From NCBI GenBank assembly GCA_025435355.1, contig JANJFQ010000002.1, positions 1 through 52,764 of the forward strand: DNA of 52,764 nt, written 5' to 3'. The translations under genes were made by a program, and so were the position numbers. Source of the DNA: Candidatus Methanophagales archaeon. Lineage in GTDB: Archaea; Halobacteriota; Syntropharchaeia; Alkanophagales; Methanospirareceae. Under the pieces are notes generated by a model, which did no database searches, was not told the DNA's origin, and saw only the letters and a program-made list of their open reading frames with translations. Of this stretch, positions 16,118-25,000 are shown one piece after another. Position 1 is the first letter of the stretch. Each line of letters starts with the position of its first letter.

Positions 16118-19100
16118 TTATCCAGCCGCACTCTCATCATTCCTGTTTTCGTTGCTATCTTTTGAAAGTGAAGATTCAACGATTTTAATCTCCTCATCAG
16201 TGAGTCCATAAAGCTTGTAAACGATCTGGTTAATGAGCTTATCTGTGGCTCCGATTTTGTTTCTTAGCGGAGATAGTACTACTTTACTCTTCTCAAATTC
16301 TTTCTTCAGATTGTCTCGAAATTCCCAGTTTGACACAGTGATAGATATTTTCTTCTTATTCTTCTTAAGGATTTTTAGTAGTTCATCGAATTCGAGTTCG
16401 TAATATGCTTTTAATTTTGTGCGGTTGGTCAGTTTGTCTATTTCTGTCTTTATTTCTCTTTCTAACCACTCCAAAAATCCTTTTGTCTCTTCCTTCTTCT
16501 CTTTATTCATCCCGATCATCCGTTCAGCCAAAAATGCTAAAAGATCATGGATGACATCGGATTTTTCTTTTTCAGTGATGAAGTTACCATCTTCATCTTT
16601 TGGGAGACATTCTTCAACAATTTTAAGGATTTTATCGGACTCATTGTCGCGGTATTTGGATTTTAAGGATTCAAGAATAGTGGTTCGTTCTTCGAGCGGG
16701 GTCGTAAAAGATATTCGTCTGAGAGGAAGTGCTTCAATTTCATATCCATTTACATGGTTGTTCGTACTTGTTAGTCTAAAACGGAACTCTAGTAAATTCG
16801 AATTAAGTATCGCAAGTAAGAAAAATTTCTCTTCGTCTTCGGGGATCAAATAACTAATACTGTCAAACAAATGCTTTTTAGGCGGAATAATAGTAGATAT
16901 TATTCTACGATAGTTATCTAATGCAGCATTTCTCTGGTATCCAATCCTCCAAGAATCCACATGAGCCTTCCTAGATTTATCAGATACTTCAGTATAATAC
17001 TTATCAATATTTAAATACCATTTCTCTCCTTGTTTTGGAATATTAAGCAGTTCATATCTTTGCACAATACCACCTCTAAGAATTTCGGGTCCAATCGGTT
17101 CCTTTATTAGAAACTGTTTCATTGATGTTTCATTAATCTCTCCTTGATACGAATGATATTGATCACCAATTCTTTTTACCCATGATGAGAGGAATATTCT
17201 TTCACATAATATACATTCTTCCGCATTCATTAGTGGAATTGAAAATGAGTGTGCATCAAGTGATTTAATTTTGTTTTGGTCCAATTTATAACATTTTGAC
17301 ACTTCTTTAAATAATCGGCCAGGATGTGTGGTAACAGTCACATTCCGAGTTGGTTTATCTTTTGTAACTACAACTATTGCGGTAGGCAATTTTGCCTCAA
17401 AGAATACCCTCTTATATGGGTCATCTTTTTGAGGAAAAGCCTCAATTTGCTCTATTTGAAAATTATTTAGCATCCATTTTCTAGTTCGAGTTGCTTGGTC
17501 ATCACCTAAAATCGCCATTGGGATGATAAATGATAATCTCATTCCTTCTTTTGTAAGAGCTAATCCTTTGGCAATAAAGAGGCGATAGAGGTTTAGTTTC
17601 TTGTCTTTTGCCGGATAAAATTCAACTTTGGATTTGAAAAAAAGTTTCTCTTGCTCTACAGAATATCCTAATTCTTTTTCAGCAAGAACGTCATAAGGTG
17701 GGTTCCCCACTACACAATCCCATCCCTGATTCTCTTTAACCTCGCCCTCCTCAAAGAACACCTCTGGAAACTCAAGCTCCCAGTGGAAGAAGCTCTTTTC
17801 CTTGGCTATATCGATCGCACTCTTAAACCAATATCTTTGCTTAAATTCGTCCCATTCGTCATTTGAGGAGCTGATAGATTGTAGCATCTCTCTATATTCA
17901 TCGGAAGGCACATCATTTTCAAAGTATATGCTGACGTAAACATCTGCTACTTCTTTGAATCTCTGTATCATCTTTATTATATTTTCATGTATTCTCTCCT
18001 TCTGCTTGATCCGTTCAATGGTATTCGATGGCATTTGCTCTATTTTAGCGAACTTGGATAGAACAGATTTCATGGTCTCTTTGAGTTCTCTGTCCCAGAT
18101 TGTTTGCTGCACCCGCATTCTATTTTCCTCTTTCTTTTTGCTTCTTATTTTCGCATTTGGCAAAACGCCACCCACATCATCGATTTTTGCACCTATAAGA
18201 GAGTTACCACAGCGTAAATGGTGATCCAAGAAAGCGAGTGGTTCGTCCTTTGATATGGTATGTAACCAGAGAGATACCTTGGCAAGCTCTACTGCCAGTA
18301 GATTTAGATCCACGCCGTAGATGCAACGCTCCACAACCTGTCTTTTAGCCCACGTAATTTCATCTTCTTCTCCTCCGGTATCTACTTTTCCTTGTTTTTC
18401 CAATGCTTCTACAATTTCTCTAGCCAAGAAAGAGACGGCCTCAAGTAAAAAATGACCAGATCCCATCGCAGGATCCAAAATTTTGATTGAAAGCAGTTCT
18501 TCTATGAGATTTCCACCGTTCTTACCTACATCTCTCTTCATCGCTTCAACGAGAGGTCCAAGCGTATTCTCCACGATATATTTAACAATATAGTCTGGCG
18601 TGTAATAGGATCCTGTTGCCTTTCTCTCACCCTTATCGGTAACGAGATACAAATCACCTGCGTTAACAACCTTATTCTTGTCTATCTTCTTTCCGCTCTC
18701 TTTTGCCTTCTTTACTGACTGGTAACCCTTTTTTCCTTTTTCCTTTGTAATGATAAAGTCTTCTTCCGCTATCCTAAGCTTGCATTCCAACAATCCTTCA
18801 TAGATAGAGCCGAGCTGTCGGATTCCAAGCGTTTGGTAGTCAATAAAGGCGTTATTTCTTCGTGTAAGAAGATTAATCGCCTCTGCAAGATACTTATCCC
18901 CAACCTTATTGTCTTTTAGAAATGGGTATTTATCCGGATCGAAGAGACGACCATTATATGGTGGTACAAATAGTTCATCTTTCTGTATCTTTCTTGCATT
19001 TAGAAGGTCAAAGAGGTATTCGAGATGTGCCCAATATACAGAGCTTCCTGAATGAAGACTAACCCCATTGTCGATTTTTTCAGCAATTTCTTTCTTCAAA

Positions 19101-20101
19101 AACTCTAAACTGATTGATTTATAGACCTCATTCTCAGTTGGAAGAAGGTCACGCGCTTCGGCATAGAGGATGAACAATATTCTATAAAGGAGTATCAGGG
19201 TGTTAGCATGAATTTTCTTAATGTCCTCCTCATACCAACTCAAATTATTATCTTGATACTTTAAAAAACCTTTTACAAGTAATTTTAGTGCATCATAAAC
19301 ATTTTTTTTTATATCCTCTTCCAATTCCTTTGCAAATCTTACGTTTTTCTCAAATATATCATCCAAGAAGCACTTGCCTTGACCATGGGGAACAAAAGCA
19401 TCCCTCCTGAAAAGAAGATAGAAATATTTAAAATCATTGGTATCACCATGTTCAATTAAATTTACTAAATCAATCTCGTAATAACTATCCAAATTAAAGC
19501 TTGTTTCTTTACAATACAACCTCCAAAGTCTTCCATTTGTGAGAATTCCCCATCTCACATCAGATACTCGTAAATAGATATTTATCTGTGAACTTGGGCT
19601 TGGCTTTCCAATCTCTCTCTTGTCAAGATTCGTACCCCAGGGCTTTGCCTCGCCAATTCCAATTACGCTCCTAAAGTAATCTGTCTCTTTGTCTTCTTTG
19701 ATTTCGTTTTTGTTCTCATCATTCGCAAAAAAGGCATAGTCGGGTCTACCGAAAGTCCCAGACACAGAGCGAATAGATGGTTGAACATCATATATATGCC
19801 CTAAAATTTTTAATATAGGTCTAATAAAATCTTCCTCAAGTTGCGACTCATTTAATCCACCCAACAACTTCTTTTTTTCGAGATATAACTTCTTGATCTC
19901 CTCAAAAGTTTTTCTGTCTTTATGCTCGTCTTTTTTCCAATTCGGGGCATGTATAAGGATATCTTTAAAATAATGCTGTGAGAAAAGGTTCTTAGTTTTA
20001 AAAGGAATAGCATGTGTAGCTAAAGTAGCCCTTTGAAACTCCACAAACTCCGTAAATTTATCCTTCGGAATAATAGAATAATTGCTATTTGTATGGCTCA
20101 T
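16118..20101 (-). CDS. Type IIG (MmeI/Eco57I-like) single-polypeptide restriction endonuclease / N6-adenine methyltransferase
   Basis: 1327 aa. It has an N-terminal PD-ExK nuclease signature (GRPDYAFF ... IGIGEAKPW), GSYYTPDYIV, SAM motif I ILDPAMGSGHFL, catalytic VVGNPPY, and a long C-terminal specificity/helical region. Confidence 0.85.
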   Translation of the reverse strand: MSHTNSNYSIIPKDKFTEFVEFQRATLATHAIPFKTKNLFSQHYFKDILIHAPNWKKDEHKDRKTFEEIKKLYLEKKKLLGGLNESQLEEDFIRPILKILGHIYDVQPSIRSVSGTFGRPDYAFFANDENKNEIKEDKETDYFRSVIGIGEAKPWGTNLDKREIGKPSPSSQINIYLRVSDVRWGILTNGRLWRLYCKETSFNLDSYYEIDLVNLIEHGDTNDFKYFYLLFRRDAFVPHGQGKCFLDDIFEKNVRFAKELEEDIKKNVYDALKLLVKGFLKYQDNNLSWYEEDIKKIHANTLILLYRILFILYAEARDLLPTENEVYKSISLEFLKKEIAEKIDNGVSLHSGSSVYWAHLEYLFDLLNARKIQKDELFVPPYNGRLFDPDKYPFLKDNKVGDKYLAEAINLLTRRNNAFIDYQTLGIRQLGSIYEGLLECKLRIAEEDFIITKEKGKKGYQSVKKAKESGKKIDKNKVVNAGDLYLVTDKGERKATGSYYTPDYIVKYIVENTLGPLVEAMKRDVGKNGGNLIEELLSIKILDPAMGSGHFLLEAVSFLAREIVEALEKQGKVDTGGEEDEITWAKRQVVERCIYGVDLNLLAVELAKVSLWLHTISKDEPLAFLDHHLRCGNSLIGAKIDDVGGVLPNAKIRSKKKEENRMRVQQTIWDRELKETMKSVLSKFAKIEQMPSNTIERIKQKERIHENIIKMIQRFKEVADVYVSIYFENDVPSDEYREMLQSISSSNDEWDEFKQRYWFKSAIDIAKEKSFFHWELEFPEVFFEEGEVKENQGWDCVVGNPPYDVLAEKELGYSVEQEKLFFKSKVEFYPAKDKKLNLYRLFIAKGLALTKEGMRLSFIIPMAILGDDQATRTRKWMLNNFQIEQIEAFPQKDDPYKRVFFEAKLPTAIVVVTKDKPTRNVTVTTHPGRLFKEVSKCYKLDQNKIKSLDAHSFSIPLMNAEECILCERIFLSSWVKRIGDQYHSYQGEINETSMKQFLIKEPIGPEILRGGIVQRYELLNIPKQGEKWYLNIDKYYTEVSDKSRKAHVDSWRIGYQRNAALDNYRRIISTIIPPKKHLFDSISYLIPEDEEKFFLLAILNSNLLEFRFRLTSTNNHVNGYEIEALPLRRISFTTPLEERTTILESLKSKYRDNESDKILKIVEECLPKDEDGNFITEKEKSDVIHDLLAFLAERMIGMNKEKKEETKGFLEWLEREIKTEIDKLTNRTKLKAYYELEFDELLKILKKNKKKISITVSNWEFRDNLKKEFEKSKVVLSPLRNKIGATDKLINQIVYKLYGLTDEEIKIVESSLSKDSNENRNDESAAG

Positions 20102-20597
20102 ATTAATTCCGATATCCCGAGTATGGATAAAAACCTTCTGATAAGTCGAATTTTTTAATCAAATTTTTCCAATTTTGTTAACATATACTTGTTAATTTAT
20201 TAGCGAATATTTTAAAAAAATTTTAAAAGATATTGATTTACAAAATACCTTCGCTTTTCGCAACAGCCTTTAAAAGTAGCTAACCAAATGCGAAGATTTC
20301 AGATATGTGACGAGTGAGGAGTTGAAAAACTGGTATACGCATCACACTGACTTTAACCAGCCAGAAAGAGACATTGAGCTGAGAATTACATGATTATTAT
20401 ACGCCACCTTCCCGCAGCAACCTTACCAGGCACAGTTCCAATTAACGTGGTTGTAAAGTTATCGTGTGTTCTCTCTCTCACTTGAAAAATGGGTATCCCA
20501 TTTCGCGAAATAGCTATTTATGGTACAAGCACCGAATTGCGTGGCATCCCAGCCCTTTTATTTCGAGTTTACATCGGATCGCTTTTTACTGTAAACT
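20030..20597. repeat. R1 direct repeat, copy 2 (first ~24 codons of the type IIG gene plus ~500 bp upstream)
   Basis: See copy 1. It contains the overlapping palindromes atttcgcgaaat (20500-20511) and aaatagctattt (20508-20519). Confidence 0.9.
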
Positions 20598-20706
20598 ATT
20601 TAGTTCTATTTATCTTTCTGTATCTTCACCAGTGCACTTTTTGCAGCTTCTCGAACATATTTATAACGGTATAATAAACCTTGAATATAGAGAAGAATGA
20701 AAATAG

Positions 20707-20973
20707 TTGAGCGAATGTGGTACTATGAGAAAAGAAGCTGAACAATGGTGGATGCAAGCATTAAAAGAGTTGATCTTTCTTGGTAAGAAAGTCAACATCC
20801 CTGATGAGTATTACAACACGTTAAGAAGATTATCTCCAGATTTTGTGATTACGAGATACCCAACTGCTGCTCATGCGATTCCATATGAGTTATACGATGA
20901 AAAAATTGCAGAAGAACGATTAAAACTATCAAAAGAGGTGGTAGAATGGGTACGAGAGGAATTGAAGAAATAA
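20707..20973 (+). CDS. HEPN-domain protein, apparently internally deleted (partner of MNT)
   Basis: The N-terminal helix (EAEQWWMQALKEL) runs straight into the C-terminal RYP region (LSPDFVITRYP ... EEAERLKLSKEVVEWV). I did not see the Rx4H catalytic region. The likely start is the ATG at 20725. Confidence 0.55.
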   Translation: MSECGTMRKEAEQWWMQALKELIFLGKKVNIPDEYYNTLRRLSPDFVITRYPTAAHAIPYELYDEKIAEERLKLSKEVVEWVREELKK

Positions 20974-21284
20974 ATGCGTTTTTAAAGAGGGTTGATAAGA
21001 ACTTTAAACCTGAGCGAGTTGTTCTATTTGGAAGCAGAGCGAGAGGGGATTATTTAAAGCACAGTGATTATGACATTATTGTTGTCAGTAGCTCATTTGA
21101 AGGCATCCATTTTCTCGATAGATTGACGATGCTATTTAATTTATGGGATTATGACTTTGATCTGGATATATTGGCATACACGCCAAAGGAGTTTGAAGCA
21201 AAGAAAAGAGAGATTGGAGTTGTGAACGAGGCTGTGAAAGAGGGGATAGAATTAACAGTAGTGTCCACCGACACGTTGCAGTAA
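20946..21284 (+). CDS. Minimal nucleotidyltransferase (MNT) of a HEPN/MNT toxin-antitoxin pair
   Basis: Has the GSxxRG..(D)xD motif: VVLFGSRARGDYLKHSDYDIIVVS. It overlaps the preceding HEPN ORF. Confidence 0.8.
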   Translation: MGTRGIEEINAFLKRVDKNFKPERVVLFGSRARGDYLKHSDYDIIVVSSSFEGIHFLDRLTMLFNLWDYDFDLDILAYTPKEFEAKKREIGVVNEAVKEGIELTVVSTDTLQ

Positions 21285-21616
21285 GTTTTATATTATATCC
21301 CAACTAAACACAGGATATAAATAAATGAAAAATCGTTTACCTCAAATTCGGATTATAAACTCTGACGGCACTAATCCTCGATGTATACTCGATCCGGAGG
21401 AAGGCGGTATTCCCACCGCTATTTATGATGACCCTGTTTGGGATAATACAGGCACTAAAATAGCAGTCACTAAAGTAAGAACAAGTGACGACACATGGCA
21501 AATCGCTACCTTTTACTATGAAGAATAACTACGGTGATGAATGGCATTTTCGAGTCGAATTGGAAGAGATCCAGACAAAGGGTCCTAAACCCCACAAGCT
21601 AATTGTTGGACCTCCT

Positions 21617-23719
21617 CTAAAGGATCAAAAAATAAATTGAAATTATCATCACAGCGACTATTGCTATTACTATTACGAACATTCGTATCTGTGGAAATGG
21701 TGGTGTAGGCGTTGGTGTTGGTGTTGGTGTTGGTGTTGGCGTAGGTGCTGACGACGTCGGCGAAGGTGTTGGAATTAGCATAGGCGTTACTTCGGACGCT
21801 GATGCTGCCGCTACTTCTGCAAATAATGCGAATACAGTGAAATGACGTATCATCGTGCTCGCCGTGTGTGTTGTCACATTAACCGTTGTTTCGAGCTCCA
21901 TCCATGTATCGTTCTCATACACCTTAATTACAAGCTCTGATTCGGTCGTTCCTTCTGGTATCTTCGCGGGATCATAGTTTATGCTAAATTCTACTGCCGG
22001 CTCAAATTTTACACCATTGGGTCTCAGGTCATATGCGGCTACCGCTCCTTCGAACGGCGGTGATAAAATGTTAATTGGGCTGGTTAATGGATTTCCTTGC
22101 GCATCCAGAACGGTTGTTCCTTTGGGAATCTTCAAGAACGCACTTTCATCACGCGAAGTTAAAGTAACAGTGTATCTTACAACGCCTTTTGAATCTATGG
22201 GAACATTAGGAACCGGACGTGCTTCGCCGCCACCACCACCGCTACTGCTGGCGGTGGCATCACTTTTTTCTTCCTTTGATGATGCTTTTTTAGTCTTCGT
22301 TGTCTGATTTACCCACGTTTCATTGACGTTTCCGGTTGTATCCGCGGTATGAGTTCCAATTTCGTAGCTTGTGTTCTCGATAAGTCCCGTGGCATTGTGA
22401 TAGGTGCCGGAGGTGTTTGTTTCCCATTCGCCGTTCATATACACCATTGTGTGATTGAAATCCGCATCTATGGGGTTTGTCCACGTCCAGTTAATCCACG
22501 TGGTGCCCGTGTCGCTCTGTACATTAGAGATGCTTCCGGGTGGTGTTTCATCAGGTGCAGCTTCCGTCTTCGTTGTCTGATTTACCCACGTGCTATTGAC
22601 GTTTCCGGTTGTATCCGCGGTACGAGTTCCAATTTCGTAGCTTGTGTTCTCGATAAGTCCAGTGGCATTGTGATAGGTGCCGGAGGTGTTTGTTTCCCAT
22701 TCGCCGTTCATACATACCATTGTGTGATTGAAATCCGCATCGGATGGATTTGTCCACGTCCAGTTAATCCACGTGGTGCCCGTATTGTTCTGTACATTAT
22801 AGATGCTTGCAGGTGGTATCGTATCAGGTGCAACTTCCGTCTTCGTTGTTTGGTTCATCCACGTGGTATTGACGTTTCCGTTTGTATCCACCGTACGCGT
22901 TCCTATCTCATAGCTCGTGTCGAGACTAAGCCCTGTGGCATTGTAATACGCATCAGAAGTGTTTGTTTGCCATGTGCCGTTCAAATACACCAGCGTGTGA
23001 CTGAAATCGTAATCTGTGGGATTAGTCCACGTCCAGTTAATCCACGTGGTGCCTGTGTTGTTCTGTAAATTATAGATGCTTGTGGGTGGTGTTTCATCAG
23101 GTGCAACTTCCGTCTTCGCTGTTTGGTTCATCCACGTGGTATTGACGTTTCCGTTTGTATCCACCGTATGCGTTCCGATTTCATAGCTCGTGTTAGCGAT
23201 AAGTCCAGTGGCATTGTAATACGCATCAGAAGTGTTTGTTTGCCATGTGCCGTTCAAATACACCATTGTGTGACTGAAATCGGCATCTGTGGGATTTGTC
23301 CACGTCCAGTTGATCCATGTTGTTCCGGTTGTGCTTGTTAAGTTAGTGATATTTGGAGGCGGTGTTGTGTCAGGCACACGAACTGTTATTTCTTTGCTCG
23401 TTGAATTTTCCGTTCTATTATCATCTCTTACTGTTAAGTTCACTGTGTAGTTTCCTACTGAAGAATAAATGTGGGTTATTGTTTCTTCTTTTTTTGCGAT
23501 GTTTCCAGCGCCAAAATTCCATTTATATTTCGTGATGTTTCCACCATCGGGATCATAAGAACCAGAAGCGTTGAAGGTTATTGTTTGATCGACAACGGGA
23601 TTTTTTGGTGAATATGTAAAGGATGCAACAGGAGGTGTATTGGCGGATGTCATTCCTACGGAGACACAAATCAACAAAAGAGCAACAACACTTAACAACG
23701 TTCCATTTTTTGTATTCAT
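21617..23719 (-). CDS. Secreted/cell-surface glycoprotein: signal peptide, PKD-like domain, four FN3-like repeats, PGF-pre-PGF-like domain, PT-rich linker and C-terminal TM anchor
   Basis: The N-terminal signal is LLSVVALLLICVSVGMTSA and the PKD-like region is FTYSPKNPVVDQTITFNASGSYDPDG. Four ~91-aa repeats are dense in N-x-S/T sequons. The C-terminus is (PT)n followed by a hydrophobic segment. Confidence 0.8.
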   Translation of the reverse strand: MNTKNGTLLSVVALLLICVSVGMTSANTPPVASFTYSPKNPVVDQTITFNASGSYDPDGGNITKYKWNFGAGNIAKKEETITHIYSSVGNYTVNLTVRDDNRTENSTSKEITVRVPDTTPPPNITNLTSTTGTTWINWTWTNPTDADFSHTMVYLNGTWQTNTSDAYYNATGLIANTSYEIGTHTVDTNGNVNTTWMNQTAKTEVAPDETPPTSIYNLQNNTGTTWINWTWTNPTDYDFSHTLVYLNGTWQTNTSDAYYNATGLSLDTSYEIGTRTVDTNGNVNTTWMNQTTKTEVAPDTIPPASIYNVQNNTGTTWINWTWTNPSDADFNHTMVCMNGEWETNTSGTYHNATGLIENTSYEIGTRTADTTGNVNSTWVNQTTKTEAAPDETPPGSISNVQSDTGTTWINWTWTNPIDADFNHTMVYMNGEWETNTSGTYHNATGLIENTSYEIGTHTADTTGNVNETWVNQTTKTKKASSKEEKSDATASSSGGGGGEARPVPNVPIDSKGVVRYTVTLTSRDESAFLKIPKGTTVLDAQGNPLTSPINILSPPFEGAVAAYDLRPNGVKFEPAVEFSINYDPAKIPEGTTESELVIKVYENDTWMELETTVNVTTHTASTMIRHFTVFALFAEVAAASASEVTPMLIPTPSPTSSAPTPTPTPTPTPTPTPPFPQIRMFVIVIAIVAVMIISIYFLIL
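22280..23375. repeat. Four tandem ~273-bp coding repeats inside the surface protein gene
   Basis: The repeated unit is TPP.SI.N.Q..TGTTWINWTWTNP.D.DF.HT.VY.NG.W.TNTS..Y.NATGL...TSYEIGT.T.DT.GNVN.TW.NQT.KTE.APD. Confidence 0.85.
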
Positions 23720-23764
23720 TTTCCCTCTCCGTGATTTCTGTTTTTATATAGATAGAAACCTCGA

Positions 23765-23852
23765 ATTAAGTACGGAGCCTGTAAATAAGCACAGAGCATG
23801 TAACCCCTGCTATAATACGACATTTAACCTACTGTACTAAAAGCTTTTCGGT
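23765..23852 (-). promoter_or_regulatory. Promoter/5'-leader element P, copy B (upstream of the surface-protein gene)
   Basis: It shares aagcttttcggt (23841-23852) and the 27-nt block attaagtacggagcctgtaaataagca (23765-23791) with 7852-7930. The block lies 46 nt from the start codon, as in copy A. Confidence 0.5.
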
Positions 23853-23910
23853 TTTTTCTCAATTTCTTAATCCATCAGTTTAAAACCAGAAAAACTGGAG
23901 GAGATTTATA

Positions 23911-24918
23911 TTGAATCTCGTCGTTATTGATAGTTATTTAAGTGATGAAAAAGAAAACAGTAATGTGCAGGTGCCTCTGAGGGCATTGGATGATTCTGCT
24001 GTCGTTGACAACGTGGTTTTCACTACGGACTCACATACGGTGAGACCTCTATTTTTCCCTGGTGGGGATATCGGGACACTGGCAATCGCAGGCACAGTCA
24101 ACGACATAGCGGTTATGGGTGCAGAACCGCTTTGCTTATCCGCGGCATTTGTAATAGAGGAGGGGTTTCCGTTCAACGATTTGGAACGGATTTTAGATAG
24201 TATGAGGAAGACTTGTGAAGAAGCGGAGGTTCCAGCAGTCACTGGCGATACGAAGGTCGTTGAGAGCGGTGCAGTGGAGAAAATAGTGGTGAATACGTCA
24301 GCAATGGGAAAGCGAACGGAGGCTCTGGAAAAGAATATGAAGGAAGTGAGAAAACACCGGGAATTGGATGGGAATTGGTTACAGGACTCTAATCTCAGGG
24401 ATGGTGATAAAATAATCGTTTCTGGTTACATCGGTGACCACGGTGTAGCCTTGCTCTCGTTCAGGGAAGGATTCGGGTTTGATACAGAATTAAAATCCGA
24501 TATAACACCATTATACAGGCTGATTCATGAAGTATTAGAGGTTGGTGGCGCGGTAGCGATGAAAGACCCTACGAGAGGTGGACTGGCAAATTCACTCAAC
24601 GAATTCAGTGAGAAATCGAAAGTTGGCATCCTGATAGAAGAGGAAAGAATTCCCGTAAGAGAATCGGTTAGAAATGCTTGCGAGATGTTAGGGATAGACC
24701 CTTTGGAAGTAGGAAATGAAGGAAAGGTGGTTATGGGCGTGGTGAAAGAAAAAGCAGAAGATGTGCTTGACGCGCTGAGGGGAACAGAAAAGGGAAAAGA
24801 TGCGGAGATCATTGGTTCTGTGACGGAAGAGCTAAAAGGAGTGGTGATGAAGACACGGGTTGGCGGCATGAGGATTGTGGAGGCTCCAATAGACGACCCG
24901 GTGCCGAGGATATGTTAA
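23911..24918 (+). CDS. hypE: Hydrogenase maturation protein HypE
   Basis: Motifs are FTTDSHTVRPLFFPGGDIG, GTVNDIAVMGAEP, VTGDTKVV and the C-terminal PRIC. The start is a TTG preceded by ggaggag. Confidence 0.9.
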   Translation: MNLVVIDSYLSDEKENSNVQVPLRALDDSAVVDNVVFTTDSHTVRPLFFPGGDIGTLAIAGTVNDIAVMGAEPLCLSAAFVIEEGFPFNDLERILDSMRKTCEEAEVPAVTGDTKVVESGAVEKIVVNTSAMGKRTEALEKNMKEVRKHRELDGNWLQDSNLRDGDKIIVSGYIGDHGVALLSFREGFGFDTELKSDITPLYRLIHEVLEVGGAVAMKDPTRGGLANSLNEFSEKSKVGILIEEERIPVRESVRNACEMLGIDPLEVGNEGKVVMGVVKEKAEDVLDALRGTEKGKDAEIIGSVTEELKGVVMKTRVGGMRIVEAPIDDPVPRIC

Positions 24919-25000
24919 CTGCGTAATTGCAAAGTGCAAAGTGCAAAATGCAAATCGAAAAATGTAAAATGAAGAAGGATATTACATAAAATTCCATAAT

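Noticed and set aside
21325-21650. 67-aa ORF (21325-21528) and an adjacent frame encoding NYGDEWHFRVELEEIQTKGPKPHKLIVGPP, reminiscent of the pRiA4b-ORF3-like domain core (GD.W.H...E).
   Set aside because: There is only a ~30-aa motif-level resemblance, in a different frame from the upstream ORF and overlapping the 3' end of the surface-protein gene. It may be a gene remnant but the evidence is insufficient to annotate it.
22280-23375. Regular ~273-bp tandem repeats considered as a possible CRISPR or satellite array.
   Set aside because: The repeats are contiguous with no spacers, lie in frame within a long ORF, and encode FN3-like protein repeats. No CRISPR-like array was seen anywhere in the window.
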